DNA of 63,975 nucleotides, filler included, from Hyphochytrium catenoides (GCA_900088475.1; 11 parts of 11 records of this genome joined end to end with filler, not necessarily neighbours in it); one strand, 5' to 3'. Shown: positions 37,907-51,495, counted from the first letter of the whole stretch. Translations and numbers: made by a program. The notes: a model not told the origin generated them from the sequence alone.

Positions 37907-38364
37907 CAGAACAAGAGAGACAAGAGAAAGAGTTAGGAAATGGAGAGAGAAACACTATTGTTATGTGTAGGAGGTTCGAAGTTCTAGAACTTAGAGGGAG
38001 ACTCACGAAAGAGAGAGATAACCCTGAAAGCCGACACGAGAACGAGCATATGGAAACATGGAGACAGACAGACAGAGAGAGAAAGAGAGAGAGAGAGAGA
38101 GACCGCAGGCACGGTAAGAGAGAAGAGAAAGACAGAGAGAGGGAGCCCACCATGCTCATAGCAGGCGCGATGAAGCTGAAGGCCCCAGGCATACAAATGA
38201 CTGAGAATCTTCAGCGCAGGAGCGATTCTGATGAAGAGAGAGAGAAAGGGATCCCTCCCATGAGAGAGAGAGACAGAAGAGACAGAGGAAGCTTGAGAAA
38301 GAGGAGAGGAAGGGGAGGCAGCAGCATAAGCGCGAAAGCCCGCGCTTAAGCGCCGCCTCAGCAT
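35908..38364 (-). CDS. lpxK: Tetraacyldisaccharide (lipid IVA precursor) 4'-kinase with mitochondrial-type presequence; exons 38364-38151, 37758-37616, 37146-35908
   Basis: PVVSVGNITWGGTGKTPMV (LpxK P-loop), ILTR|GYGDDE, LLDDGFQHWALHRDLDIV, LLPAGMLREP..L.RAD, GIG, FQDHH and TEKD. Leader MLRRRLSAGFRAYAAAS. Confidence 0.93.
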
Positions 38365-40920
38365 TGAGAAGGATGGCTCCGTGTCGGAGAGGCCAAGCGG
38401 GAAGAGAGAGAGAGAGAGAAAAAGAGAAAGCAGGCAGAGAAGGACAACAAAGAGAGCGAAGAGGAAAGAGAGAGAGAGAGAGCCGGGAGCTGGGGAGGCC
38501 TCAGAGGAAAGCTAAAGAGGTGCTAGAGCATTCCGTTATGGATCATGAGCCAGCGTGCATTAAGAAGCCAAGCTCTGTTGGTTCGAATGCCGGCGGACAG
38601 AAGCGAAAGGCGACCGGGGGAGACACAATGGGTTACTCAGCAAGGCAGAGAGGCACAGAGCTATGGAAGGCAAGAGAGAGAGATGGAGAAAAAGAGAGAG
38701 AGAGAGCGAGCGAGAGAGCGAGCGAGAGAGAGAGAGAGAAGAGAGAGAAAGGTTTTCGAGCGCAACGAGGAATGAGTTCCTCACTTCTCCCCAGTGTCTA
38801 TCAACAGTTGAGTGGCTTCTTATCGGCCGTTAGCAGCTTTCTCCCCTCGGGTGGCTGGTTGACTTGTGCTCTTTTGGTGATTCCCTCTCGCCCCCTCTCT
38901 CTCNNNNNNNNNNNNNNNNNNNNNNNNNNNNNNNNNNNNNNNNNNNNTTAATTAATTAANNNNNNNNNNNNNNNNNNNNNNNNNNNNNNNNNNNNNNNNN
39001 NNNGACAGAGAGAGAGAGAGAGACAGAGAGAGACAGAGAGAGAGAGAGAGACAGAGAGAGAGAGACCGACAAAACGGTAGAAACTGGATTTGTCACGAAA
39101 CTCCAGTTTTATCAATTTTACATGAGAATAACCAACCTTCAAACATGTGACGGATTTAGACCGTAGCTTCTGTCCTGACTGGAAGCACGTTCCAACAGTC
39201 ATCAGAGTTGAGAAGTCACTTTGAATTAGGACATTCAAATCGGTAGTCGATTTTAAAGTGAAATGTTGATTTCGGTGGGTTTGCCTCCTGACTACTTCCA
39301 CCATCACTCTTCTTCCTCCTCATCAACCTAATCTTCCTCCTCCCGCTTTCCTTCTTCTCTCTCCTTACCATTGCTGTTTGTTCTTCTCTCTCTTTCTCTT
39401 TTCCTTCTTCTTCTTCTTCTCTCTCCTCATCTCTTCTTCCCCCCTGGTGGTTCTTCTTCTCCCTTTCTCCTTCTTCTTCTTCCCTTTCGCTGCTCGCTGC
39501 TGCCGCTTCTTCTTCTTCTACTACTTGCACACCTTCTCGCCATTAGAAAGACGGCAGCGGACAGCGGGCAGCAGTCCTCCTCCAACACCATTCTCATACA
39601 TGCTGTCTTCATGATGATGACGATTAACGCAGGCAATGGCCGGAGTGGTGATGTCTTCTTTATTCTCTTTGTTCCCACTATAACCCTGCTGATGCACAGC
39701 AACCGTCAAAACAAAATTCTCATATTATTATTATTCATCATTGATCAGTAGTAGAATGAGGACGATGAGGGGAGCACTATTCTCCTTCTTCTCTTCTCCT
39801 TGTCCTTCTTATTTTTCTCCTCTTCCTCTTCGTCCTCTTCTTTTCTCATCGCCGCTCGACTTCTTCATGGTCATGATGGCCGCAGCAGCATCTGGAGCAT
39901 TGGGAAGATTATTAGGACCCCACAAGTCGTCCGTCGTCATCCTCATGGTGGTGATCGCAGACAGGGAGAAGAAGAGGAACAATGGGCCGCCTGGTGTTGA
40001 GGGACCACAAGAATGAGTGTTCTTCTGAGCAGAAGAGAATGTTGCTGCGGTTACGCTCAGGTGTTCTTCTGGCACGCAGTGGATAGCAGTGGATAACGAG
40101 GAGGCGTCTGAACCAATAACTGTTCCTCCTTACGCATATCCCATCTCGGTCGCAAGCTAAAATTTAGACTTCCATCTGCAGCGCGATTGCTCCTAGTCTA
40201 GGACTGCAGTGGTGAGGATAGTACTATGGCTGCCATTAGACTCCACTGATAAGCTGCTATCAGGACAGCTTTTTCGCGGCGATCGCCCGCCACCCACCAG
40301 GCGGGAAGCACAGATAAGCTTTGTCAAGTGTAGAAGGATTCATTAGATCAATGTTGACCGTGACGGCTTTCAAACACAAAGCTTCATCTCTCTCTCATTA
40401 CCTACAGAAGAGAGGTGAATGTCATGAATGTGGGGCCGCTTAGGAGGTTGTAGTGAGAGAAGAGTTGCGTTGCGCAACTTCTAGAACAGCTATAGAAGAG
40501 AAGGAGCAACTTGCGAGTGGCAGTGCTTCTTCTACAACTGTGATCATAACGACATAACGATGCCTCAAGCGGGGTTATTAGCAATTATCTGCTTATAGTT
40601 GACCCTTGACAGATAACCTTAGCAGCATCTGTCTTCTTCATACCGCGTACTTGGAAAAGGATCAGTGCCTCATCAGTAACTGGCAGAAAAACAGACAACA
40701 GACAAATTACCTACTGTTAGAGACTAGAGATCGAGCTGTGACCTGGCTAAAGCCTGGCTGCTCTTCTTGGTTAGACCAGCAGCCAATGCCGGTGCGAGGT
40801 TAGGACGGAAACACATTGGTNNNNNNNNNNNNNNNNNNNNNNNNNNNNNNNNNNNNNNNNNNNNTTAATTAATTAANNNNNNNNNNNNNNNNNNNNNNNN
40901 NNNNNNNNNNNNNNNNNNNN

Positions 40921-43255
40921 CAACGTGACTCTTACTGGCAGTTTCTTTGGGATGAACAATAACTTTTCTGTGGAGATGCAATCACAGCTAGGTGTCACGC
41001 AGCTTTTCGGATGCAAACTTCAGCAGTTAGATCGGTCGATTACGTGCATAACGATAGCAGAGGGGGCAGGGACGAATGTGACGTGGAGGATCAATGTCGG
41101 GAACCAAATAGCCATCAGTGCCATGACCACCTCATACCACACACCGGCAATTGAGACCCTTACTAGCCCAAGCCTATCTACTGAAGGAGGACAGGAAGTG
41201 ACTCTCATTGGAAACAACTTTGGTCCAACCCCTGCAAGTGTATCGGCGGTCTTTGGAAATCCCGATATACAAGGTTATGCGGGCAGAATGAGGAAAGTCA
41301 GCAATTGCAGAGTGGAAGTCCCTCACATCAAGGTAATTTGCAGCTCGGTGGCAGGCACTGGGTACAATCACACCTGGAGCTTAACTGTCCAAGGGTTGGA
41401 GAGCCCCTTCTCCTATCAAAAATCTTCCTATTCTCCTCCAGAAGTATATCATACGGACTATGTGACGAACTTCATTTTGAGCACTTACGGAGGCCAGGCC
41501 TTGACTTTTTACGGACAGAATTTTGGTCCAAGCGATTCTGAGAACGACGTTGAGATGACCTACGCTTCTCAAGATGGGTTGTGGTCATACAAAGCCGAAA
41601 ATTGCACCGTCACCGTGTCCCACACACAGATGATCTGCCAGTCCGTGGCTGGCGTCGGGAAAGACCTTTTTCTCGTACCCAAGGTTGGGGGCCAGACAAT
41701 GCGATCTGCTGCAGCTCTTTCTTACTTTGAACCTCAGGTGTTGGGTGCCCGTCCGTCCGTAAACACTATGAATACACTTGGAGGTGAGAGCATCGCGTTC
41801 ATTGGTGATCAGTTTGGTCCCATCAAGACAGATGGCTCTTCTCCCTATGCGTTATATTATAGCAAGGACAACTTCCTCCCCTACAGCATGCTGAACCCTT
41901 ACAACGCCAGTTGCTACGTGACGCAAGCACACGTGGAAATAACTTGTACGACGGTCCCCGGTGTGGGTGCGGAGCTTGAGTGGACTTTGTTTGTTGGCAG
42001 CCAACCGCAGTCTTCCTCATTCCACCTCATCATGTCTTATACACCCCCGCATATTTCACAAGTCCTTTCAAGCCCTCTCAATACCTCAGGTCAACAGTTA
42101 GTGGAACTGGTTGGGACCAACTTCGGTCCTACCAACCCTTTTATCAATTCTGTGACGGCAACCTACATTGTCGCCGACAAGACGTCAACCTTGTCAGCAA
42201 CTACCTACAGAGCAGACAGGTGTAATGTTACCGTAAACAGCACCAGAGCGTCCTGTTTTTCAGTGGCGGGGGTAGGAAAGGATATCAGCTGGACTATAAC
42301 AGTTGGTAAGCAAAGCAGCAATGCTTCGGACGCTAATTCTAGCTACGCAGCTCCCCTCATCACTGACATCGAGCCCAAAGAATTTGCGACCACTGGGGGG
42401 ACCGTTGTGACTCTTTCGGGCTTGAACTTTGGGCCGGCGGTGCCGTGGAACTTCATTTCTGCTGTCTACTTTACTCCAAACGCTTCGATCGGTCTGCAGT
42501 CCACTATTTATGAAGCTGTTAACTGCTCTGTGACAGAAGACCATGTGAAGGTCACATGTCAGACTGTCCCTGGGGTTGGAACAGACTTTCAGTGGCAGCT
42601 GGTTGTTGGAGACCAAGTAAGCCCACTTTCGCAGATGCGTACTACATACTACCGGCCCAACATTACAGACCTCAGTCCGCTGGTTCTTCGGACGCGCGGT
42701 GACGAAGTGTTGACAGTTTATGGGCTGAATTTCGGTCCCGTATCGGCCCAGAATGAGGTTTACGGTCATCTGATACCGTCGAACGATAGCGCAGAGGCCC
42801 TGGCGAGTGCTAACCTCACAGTCATGTGCCGCGTAGTGCAAGATCACACGCAACTAGAGTGCATAACTCCAGTCGGGGTCGGGAAAGATCAATCGTGGGT
42901 GGTAAACGTCGGAGGCCAGAACAGTTATGAGTCAACGGTTCTTACATCTTACGCATCTCCACGAATTTTGGCTCTTAATGGAAGCAGTGAGGGTAACCTT
43001 GACATTGGCCCAACAACGGGTGGGACGCTGGTGATCCTTACCGGGACGGAGTTTGGGGCTCCGGATATTGGAAGAGTTCATCAAGTCTACTTCACGAGCC
43101 TCGACAATACCAATAACTCCCGATTCTACTGCACTGAGTGCGAGGTTCTCGACTATGAGCTGATGCAGTGCCGGACGCCAGAGGGAGTTGGCGCTCAGCA
43201 ATTCTGGGTCGTGTCGGTGGGAGGACAATCGAGCGAGTACTCCCCTTTTCTAACG
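40921..43255 (+). CDS. Internal fragment of a large IPT/TIG-repeat cell-surface protein (about 8 repeats), open at both ends
   Basis: Repeats of about 100 aa: P.I..T.GG..(V/L)T(L/F).G.NFGP...C.V..H..I.C....GVG....W...VGGQ.S, with many NxS/T sites. No intron in 2.3 kb. Confidence 0.9.
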
Positions 43256-43465
43256 NNNNNNNNNNNNNNNNNNNNNNNNNNNNNNNNNNNNNNNNNNNNT
43301 TAATTAATTAANNNNNNNNNNNNNNNNNNNNNNNNNNNNNNNNNNNNNNNNNNNNTGCGCGAGAGAGAAAGAGGACTAGCAAGAGACAGAGAAAGGGAGA
43401 TAGAGATAGAGAGAGAAAGGGATGGCAGGGATAACGAGGGAGAAGAGCCAAGCTGTGAGGTGCAC

Positions 43466-43600
43466 CTGAGCAAGGGGACGAGGTCTCCTTCAATTTTCTC
43501 CAGGCAGAAAAGAAGCAGAAGCTGTTGCAGGCACAGCGCTCCCTCTCCCTCCTCAGCGTGCTGAGAAATCTACAGCAAAGTCAAGGTATAAAAGGAGAAA

Positions 43601-43635
<35 letters not shown>

Positions 43636-44544
43636 CAGAGAGAGAGGATTAGTCTTTTCGACAGTGCCTCTTGTCCTTACTCTTCTTTTGTTCTCTGCTC
43701 TTGGAAACCCATTATCTCTCTCACTTTCCCTTCTTTAAACCTTCCTTTCTCCCCAGGCAGTCCGCCGTCTCTCTCTCTCCTCTCTTCTCTCTCTCTCTCC
43801 CGTACTGACCGCGTGCTGGAAGGCCAAGCCTGCGGATAACTGGACGTGTGCATATCCCGCGCCGGAGAGCCGCTCCTGACACTGATGCCAAGCCTCAGAC
43901 ACCGCCGCCCCGCCCGCCACCAGCCCGCCCATCGCCTCCGCGGCCTCTCGGAGGCGGATCAGCGACCGGAACCTGAAAAATAAAGAGAGAGAGAGAGAAA
44001 AGAGAGAAAGAGAAGAGAGAGAGTGGGAGAGAGAGAGAGAGAGAGAGAGGGAGGGATATGAACAGGTGGAGCAGAGAAAGAGACATAGATTAGGAAATTA
44101 AGAGAGAGGAAGACAGAAGGAGGACAAAAGAGAGAGAATAAAGTACTCGGTGAAGCTGAAGAGAGAGAGAGACAGAGAGAAAGAGAGCGAGAGAGGGGCC
44201 CTACAACCAGAGACAGAAAGTGACGAAGAATAAGCCTAAGTGGAAGCCGTGAGAAAGGATTAGAGGGACGGTTTGCGCACAGAGGAAGAGAGGGATAAAA
44301 AAGAGCGAGACAGGCGGAGAGAGATAAGAGAGAGAGACAGAGAGAGATAAGAGAGAGAGACAGAGAGAGATAAGAGAGAGAGAGAGAGTAAGGGGAAAGC
44401 AACGATGACCTGAGTGCCTCCAACGCGTCTTCAAGCGAGAGTTGTCCGTCTTTCAGAGAGAGACTCGGTGCTTTCTCGCCTTCCAGGAGAAAGCCCTGCC
44501 ACAAAGGGCAAGAAAGAGAGAGAAGAGAGGAAGGTGAGATGATG

Positions 44545-44590
<46 letters not shown>

Positions 44591-46821
44591 TGCTAGTTGC
44601 GCTACCTTATTGGCCGCGATGTAGCTAAAGACAGAGCCAGAGAACTTCGCCTCTTCTTCTCCTTTCAGAAGTGCCTGGAAGCCAGACGCCACAGAAAAGA
44701 GGTAGCGCGAGTGAGAAGAGAGGAGATGGAAGAAGAGAGAGAGAGAGAGAGAAAGAGAGACAATGTAAAGAATTATGGAAAGGAGAGCATGCAAGAAAGA
44801 CAAGAGAAGATAGATAGGACGGAGAAGATAGAGTGGGTGGACCGGAGAACAGGAGAAGAGAAGAGGAAGAACAAAGACACAGAGAGAGAGAAAGAGAGAG
44901 AGAGAAAGAGGAGAGAGCATGAGAGAGAGAAAGAGAGTGGCCTCTCCTACCTTATAAACAGACAGAAGTTCTCTGGTGGTCTGCTGGATCATGACAGCGT
45001 TGTCCCCCTCAACTGTGAAGGAAGGCTCCTAAAGGTTTTGGGAGAGAAAGAGACATTGTCACAAAAGTGAGGGGGAGAGAGAGAGAAAGAGAGAAAGATA
45101 AAGACAAAGGAAGAGAAAAAAGGGAGAAGGAAAGAAACTCGGTCAGCCAGGAGACGCAATTCCCATCTTTTAACTCAGAAGTAGATAAAGCTTTGAAATA
45201 GAGTAAGGGAAAGCAGAGAGAGAGAGTAAGAGAAGGAGAAAAAGGGAGAAGAGAGAGAGAGAGAAAGAGGGAAAGGAAGGTACCAATGGCAAGGAGGAGG
45301 GGACGAGATGTTGAAGGTAAAAAAAAAAAGAGTCAAAGTAAAAGACTAGCGAGAGAGCCAAGGATAAGCAAGCGAGAAAGAGAGAAAAAAGAAAGAGAGA
45401 GCCTGGAGTAACCAGCCGAAGAGAGAGATAGAGAGAGAGAGAAAGAGAGAGAGAGAAAGAGAGAGAGAAAGAGCCCCACGTTATCATCTCTGAGAGGCCC
45501 CAGTCTGCTGCTCCAGGAGTAACCGTGGCCACCCGCCAGGCGCCGGCCCCGGAGAAGAATCTCTCCGCTGCACTCAGAGGCCAAACACTTCAGACCCGCG
45601 GCCTGGCAGTGGAGCTCTCTCTCTTTGAGAGAGAGAGAGGGAGTCTTCTCTCTCTCTCTCCCGCTGTCTCTCTCTCTCACCTCACGATAGAGAGAGAGAA
45701 GGTGCTGTTTGGCGCAGGTGAGGGCGTAACACTGGGCGATGAGAGGAAGGAGCTGCCGCTGGTGAGTCTGATACTGGATGATGGGCCGGCCAAATGCATC
45801 GCGAACTGAGTGTCAAAGAGAAGAGAGAGAGAGANNNNNNNNNNNNNNNNNNNNNNNNNNNNNNNNNNNNNNNNNNNNAGAGAGAGAGGGAGAGAGAGAG
45901 AGAGGAAAGAGTTTAGTTAAGATAATTAGGGTGGAGTGGAAGGATAAAGAGAGAGAGAGAGATTGTTTGGAGTAATCAGTGGGAGACAGAGGGTGCAAAA
46001 CAGATTGGAAAGAAGGTAGAAGAGAGAGGGAGAGAGAGAGAAAGAGAGAGAGAGAAGTTGAGAGTGAGGGACAGTGAGAGGCCACCAGACCACGAAGAGA
46101 AAGAGAAGAGAGAGAATAGGCGAGAGCTACAAGGGTTTACACAGAGAGGCAGAAAGTTGGGAAGGAAGATGGTGGTGGTGACGGATATAGAGAGAGAGAG
46201 AGAAAGAGAGAGTGGAAGCGAGAGAGACCATGAGAGTATCTTGTGACAATGGNNNNNNNNNNNNNNNNNNNNNNNNNNNNNNNNNNNNNNNNNNNNNNNN
46301 NNNNNNNNNNNNNNNNNNNNNNNNNNNNNNNNNNNNNNNNNNNNNNNNNNNNNNNNNNNNNNNNGAATTTGTGAGAGGACTCATTGTAAAAAGAAAGATG
46401 ACAAGAGACCGTGAAGGATCAGATGTTTGCCCGTGTGGAGGGATGATAGAGACAGGAGGAAGAAAGAGAGAGACAAAGAAAGAGAGAGAGAGAGAAAGAG
46501 AGAGAGAGAAAGAGTATCTAGGGTGGAAGGGCACCTGGATCGAAACTCTCCCTTCTCTGTGACGTGGCTGAATCTGTCTAGCATGTTCTCTCTCGGAACT
46601 CGAACTCCTTTCAAGCAGAGAAACCCATTGTCCACCCCATTAGCCCCAGCCTACAGGCAGGGTAATCAAAAGAGAGAGAGAGAGAGAGAGAAAGACGGAA
46701 GATGAAGAGAGAGGGAGAGACCCGAGAGACGGGGAGAGAATGAGCAAATAATGAAGAAAAAGCAGGAGAAAGAGTATGGGGAGAAAGATAACAAATAGAG
46801 GCAAGGAGAAGAGGACATATC

Positions 46822-46867
<46 letters not shown>

Positions 46868-46904
46868 NNNNNNNNNNNNNNNNNNNNNNNNNNNNNNNNN
46901 NNNN

Positions 46905-46941
<37 letters not shown>

Positions 46942-47460
46942 TAGGAGGAGATAGTGAGAGGTTGACAAGGTTTAATAGATTTGGGGAAAAAGGAGAGAGA
47001 GAGATACTGGAATTAAAGAGAGAGGCAAAGACAAAAAGAGACAGAGAGGCAGTGATGATAAAGATGAAGCTGATCTCAGACTTTCAGGAGAAGAAGAGGT
47101 AAGAGAAGGGAGTGTTACACGTCAGAAAAACTGAGGGGAGAAAGAGATGAACAGCAAGACGAGAAGCGCGAGAGGGAGAGAGAGAGAAAGACCAGAGAGA
47201 GAGAGACCACGAGTCTCAAAGGATGGAAGAAGGAGAGATAACATCAACCGGAGGAGGAAGTAAAAGAGGCATTCAGATAAAGAAAACTAACAAAAAAAAA
47301 TGAGAGAGAGAGAAAGAAAGAGAATGATGGGAGCAACCTTCATTCCTATGTCTCCCCTGATCACTCCGGGATAGAACCCGCCTTGCTCGTCTCTCAGCGG
47401 GACGATGAAGGCATGCACACCATGGCACTTGTCCCTTACGTAGAGCTGCAGAAGAGAGAG

Positions 47461-47510
<50 letters not shown>

Positions 47511-47818
47511 CATTCAGCCGTCTTTCTCTTTCCGTATAACATAGTCCCTACTCTTTCTATTGTGAATACTCTTTTCGCACTTCTCTCTCTCTCGCTCCCA
47601 TTCCCCTTCCCCTCTCTTTCTTTCTCTCTCTCTCTCTCTCTCACCTGCGCCCAAACTATGGCAAAGTCTGCAAATTCCCCGAGTTGTCCGATCCACCACT
47701 TGAGAGAAGTCTGCGCCGGCGTCTCCAGGAGGAAACAAGAAGAAGAAGAATCCCACGTCGCCCTCGTCTCCAGACTATTTACGTTAGAACCCTGAACAGA
47801 GAGAGAGAGAGTGAGAGA

Positions 47819-47861
<43 letters not shown>

Positions 47862-48857
47862 CTCAGTTAGAAGAATGACTGTTTCCTCTGGGATGGGAGA
47901 GGAAAAGAGAGAAAACGAAGGAATCAAGAAAATGGAGAGAGAAAGAGTGCGGGAAGGTAAAAAAAAAGAGAGAGAGAGAGAGGCGAGACAAACAAGAGCG
48001 AGAGAAGACCAGAGTGTACTTGAACTGAGAAAAGGTGGCTCTTTCCTCAGCGAGAGAAAGAAAGAGAAGAGGGGTCAGCGGAGGAGAGAGGTAGTAAGAA
48101 AGAGAGAAGGATACTTTGAGAGCTGTCTCTCTCCCTTCTCTGCTACTTTCCCGGTAAAGAAATGGCATCTAAATCTCTTTCCTTTTCCTTTCTCTCTTTT
48201 TCAGTCTCTTTCTCTCTCTCTCTTTCTTTCTTGCTCTCTTTTTTCTCTCTCGCCCGGCCACCACTTCTCTCTCTCACCTGTCCCAGCTCTGTCATAGCAA
48301 AGCAGCCGAGGAGATCGCAGGAGCTAACAGCGCGGAGATACTTCTGGTGATGGTACGACGTCCCTTTATGAAGAGAGAGAGAGAGAGAGAGAGATTGGGA
48401 GAAAGAGAGAGTGAGAAGGAGCACAACAAACGACAGAGATTGTGAAAAGTGAGAGTTATGGGGAGATAGCGACGAGGACGGGGAGAGAAAGAGAGACAGA
48501 GAGAGAGAAAGAGGAGCGGGAGAGAGAGGGAGAGAGGTAAGACGGGAAAGAGAGAGAGAGAGGGATAAAGGGATAGATAGAGATAGAGAAGCCCATCGCA
48601 TGACAGATAATGTGGAAGTTGCGGATAGAGGAGGTGAACAAGAAGGAGTCTAAGGGGGGCCGGGGCGGAAGGGAAAGAGGAAAAAAAGAGAGGTAGAGAA
48701 AGAGTGAGAATAAAAAGGAGAGAGAGAGAGAGAGAGGGAGAGAGAGAGAGAAAGAAAAAAAGGACCCTACCGAGAGACTTAATACATCCCATCACGAGGA
48801 TCAGCTGCACGCCAATCCGGGCCCAGTTGGCCCCCAAGCATCCCACGCACTCAGAAC

Positions 48858-48903
<46 letters not shown>

Positions 48904-49065
48904 AGAGAGGGAGAGAGAAAAGAGAGAGAGAGAGAGAGAAGAGGTGAAAGGAGAGGCAGCACACAGAGAGAGTAGGAGATGGGAATAGACCGAGAGGAAA
49001 GTTTACCCCGAGTCATAGCGCAAGAAAGTAGATCGCGTCTTCATCATATGGGAGAGAGAGAGGGA

Positions 49066-49110
<45 letters not shown>

Positions 49111-49508
49111 GAGACTGACAGTGTGTTGAGCGCCTGTACATCTGTCTCGATTCTCTCCGGCGGGAGATAAGTTTTCAGTCTCCTCAGCAGCGCCACAGAG
49201 AAGTCTCTCAGAGAGCGAGCAGAAGGAAGTTCCCCGCTGCTTGGATGAGGAAGAGAGAGAGAGAGAGAAAGATCGGAAGAGAGAGAAGAGAGAACAGAAG
49301 CACGCAGGTCTCTCTCTCCCTCTACGCTCTCCAGCCACCGAGAGAGAGACGCAGTAGTTTCTCTCTTCTCAGGAGAGACGTTATCCCACACACGACGGCC
49401 AGGAACTGTCCCAGGAAGAGAGAGAAGAGCGCGAAAGATGGTGGCGTCTCTCTCTTTTTCTCTCTCCTCATTCTGACGCTCCTTCTCCTTTGACGTTATC
49501 GCTGTCAT
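43466..49508 (-). CDS. Peroxisomal-type acyl-CoA oxidase, many exons, 3'-truncated
   Basis: Spliced motifs GCFAMTELGQ|GSNVNSLETRATWD, KWWIG, GVHAFIVPLRD, GDIGMK, NGVDNGFL..VRVPRENML, IIQYQTHQRQLLPLIA, LHCQAAGLK, RRLAGGHGYS and TVEGDNAVMIQQ. Confidence 0.92.
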
Positions 49509-49874
49509 TGTGCCGGCGACAGAGGAGATTGTAGAGTCCGCACACGCAGAGGGAGCAGCAGAGAATTAGAGAGAAAGAGAGAGAGAGAGAAAAAGAGAGA
49601 GAGAAAGAGAGAGAATCAGTAAGAAAGCTTCACAGCCGCACCAGTTGCGCTGGCCCGCCGTGCAGAGACAGATCGCACGCCTCTTTTGACTTCAAGTTGA
49701 ACAGTCTTGCACTTGCTCTCTTCCGCTCTTTCTCTCTCTCGCCCTCCCTCTCTCTGCCTCTCCGTGTCTCTTCCTCTCTCTCGGCCATAGACATTACTCG
49801 TCTTTCTTTTATATCTCTATCGCTCTGTCTGTCAAGCAGAAAGATACTTGCTGTTGGAAGAAAGATACGGTTGT

Positions 49875-49917
<43 letters not shown>

Positions 49918-50602
49918 ACCTTCAATCTAGGGGTTACCGGCTTAGCTGTATACAGTCGTTAGCGGTTTGTCTCTTCCTCTCTCGTCCCTCCCCTATTTAT
50001 TCTCTCTCTCCTTTTTCTCTCTCTCCTCTCTGGTTTTCTCTCTCTCTCTCTTTTGTCCTCTCTCTTTGTTTCCCTCTGTTCTCCTCTCTTCCCTCTTCCT
50101 CTCTGTTCCTTTTGCCTTCTGGTTTTATCAGTGTTGCTTCTCTTCTTCCCGCTTTTCTCTTCTTCTTCCTTCTTCCCCATCTTCTCCTCCAGAAGAGGAT
50201 CGCCGTGGCATCAACAGAAGAAGAAAGAAAAGAGAGAAAGAGAAAGAGGAAGAGAGAGAGAGAGAGTAAATCCATAACCAGCCTCAGAAATACGTCCTTT
50301 TAAGGGAAATTAGACGAGCTGCGCGCAAGAAGGGAAGTCAAACGACCGAAGGAGGAAGCTCAAAGAGAGAGATCGAGACAAAGAGAGACAGGAGAGAGAG
50401 AAGAGGGAAAGCGCACATGTTCCTTGAGGTATCTGCATGATTGGAAGGAGAGGAGACGGTCCTTCAAGAAAGTCAGAAATATCTGACCGACAACTCCACA
50501 GAGAGAGGGAGAGAGAGAGANNNNNNNNNNNNNNNNNNNNNNNNNNNNNNNNNNNNNNNNNNNNNNNNNNNNNNNNNNNNNNGAGAGAGAGAGAGAGGAA
50601 GG

Positions 50603-51292
50603 ATGATGAGTACCAAGCGCATTGTCTCTCGTTTTCTCTTTCTCTCTTCTCTCCTCCATCAAACCTTCAGCAGCAGCCCGTCACTCCAACTCTCTCTCTC
50701 TCTTTCTCTCTCTCTTCTTCTTCAACCTTCGGCACAGACACAGGCGCAGGTATGCGAATCTACCTCTCTCTCTCGGGAAGAAAGAGAGGGTGACAGCGCA
50801 AAAAGAGAGGGAGAACTCTGCGGCTGCGGCTGTCCTGATCCTCTCTGCTGCGTGCAGGATCGTGTCTCTTCTCTCTTCTCTCTCTCTACCTCTCTTCCCT
50901 CTTCCTCTCTCTCCGCTGCCCAGCGTTCTCCTGAGTCTTTCTGCCGGAATGGCTCCAAAATTTTGGAAGACTTTCGAAGTTACTGCACGGCCCCGAGTAA
51001 TAACCCCAGCCGTGAGTCTCTCTCTCTCTCCCCCCTTCTCTCTTTCTCTTATTTTCATTACTCTCTCTCACTCTCTCTTTCTCTCTTTTATTTTTCTCTC
51101 TTCCTTCCTTTGCTCTTTCACCTTTTTCTCTTGGCCACTTTCTTTCTTTCTCTCTCTCTCTCTTCATCACTCTTTCTCTCCCTCTTCTCTCTTTTCAGAC
51201 ACCTCTCTCTCTCTCTCTCTTTCTCTCCTTTTTACCGTTCTCTCCCCGTCGCTATCTGCCCACAGGTCTCTCTCTCTCTTCCGTCTCTGTCT

Positions 51293-51362
<70 letters not shown>

Positions 51363-51460
51363 TCTTGCAGTCCTTTCTGCATCTCTATCATTTACCGTTC
51401 TCTCCCGGTCGCTATCTGCCCAAAGGTCTCTCTCTCTCTCTCTCTCTCTCTTCTGTCTCT

Positions 51461-51495
<35 letters not shown>

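Noticed and set aside
35908-38364. LpxK (and likewise DUF924 and the amidohydrolase) as bacterial contamination
   Set aside because: They carry spliceosomal introns, and LpxK and DUF924 also have host-type CT microsatellites and targeting leaders.
38575-38600. GGTTCGAAT tRNA T-loop-like word
   Set aside because: No pairing T-stem or cloverleaf around it.
39216-40075. Low-complexity minus-strand ORFs (E/K/R-rich)
   Set aside because: Driven by trinucleotide repeats; no coherent spliced model or motif could be built.
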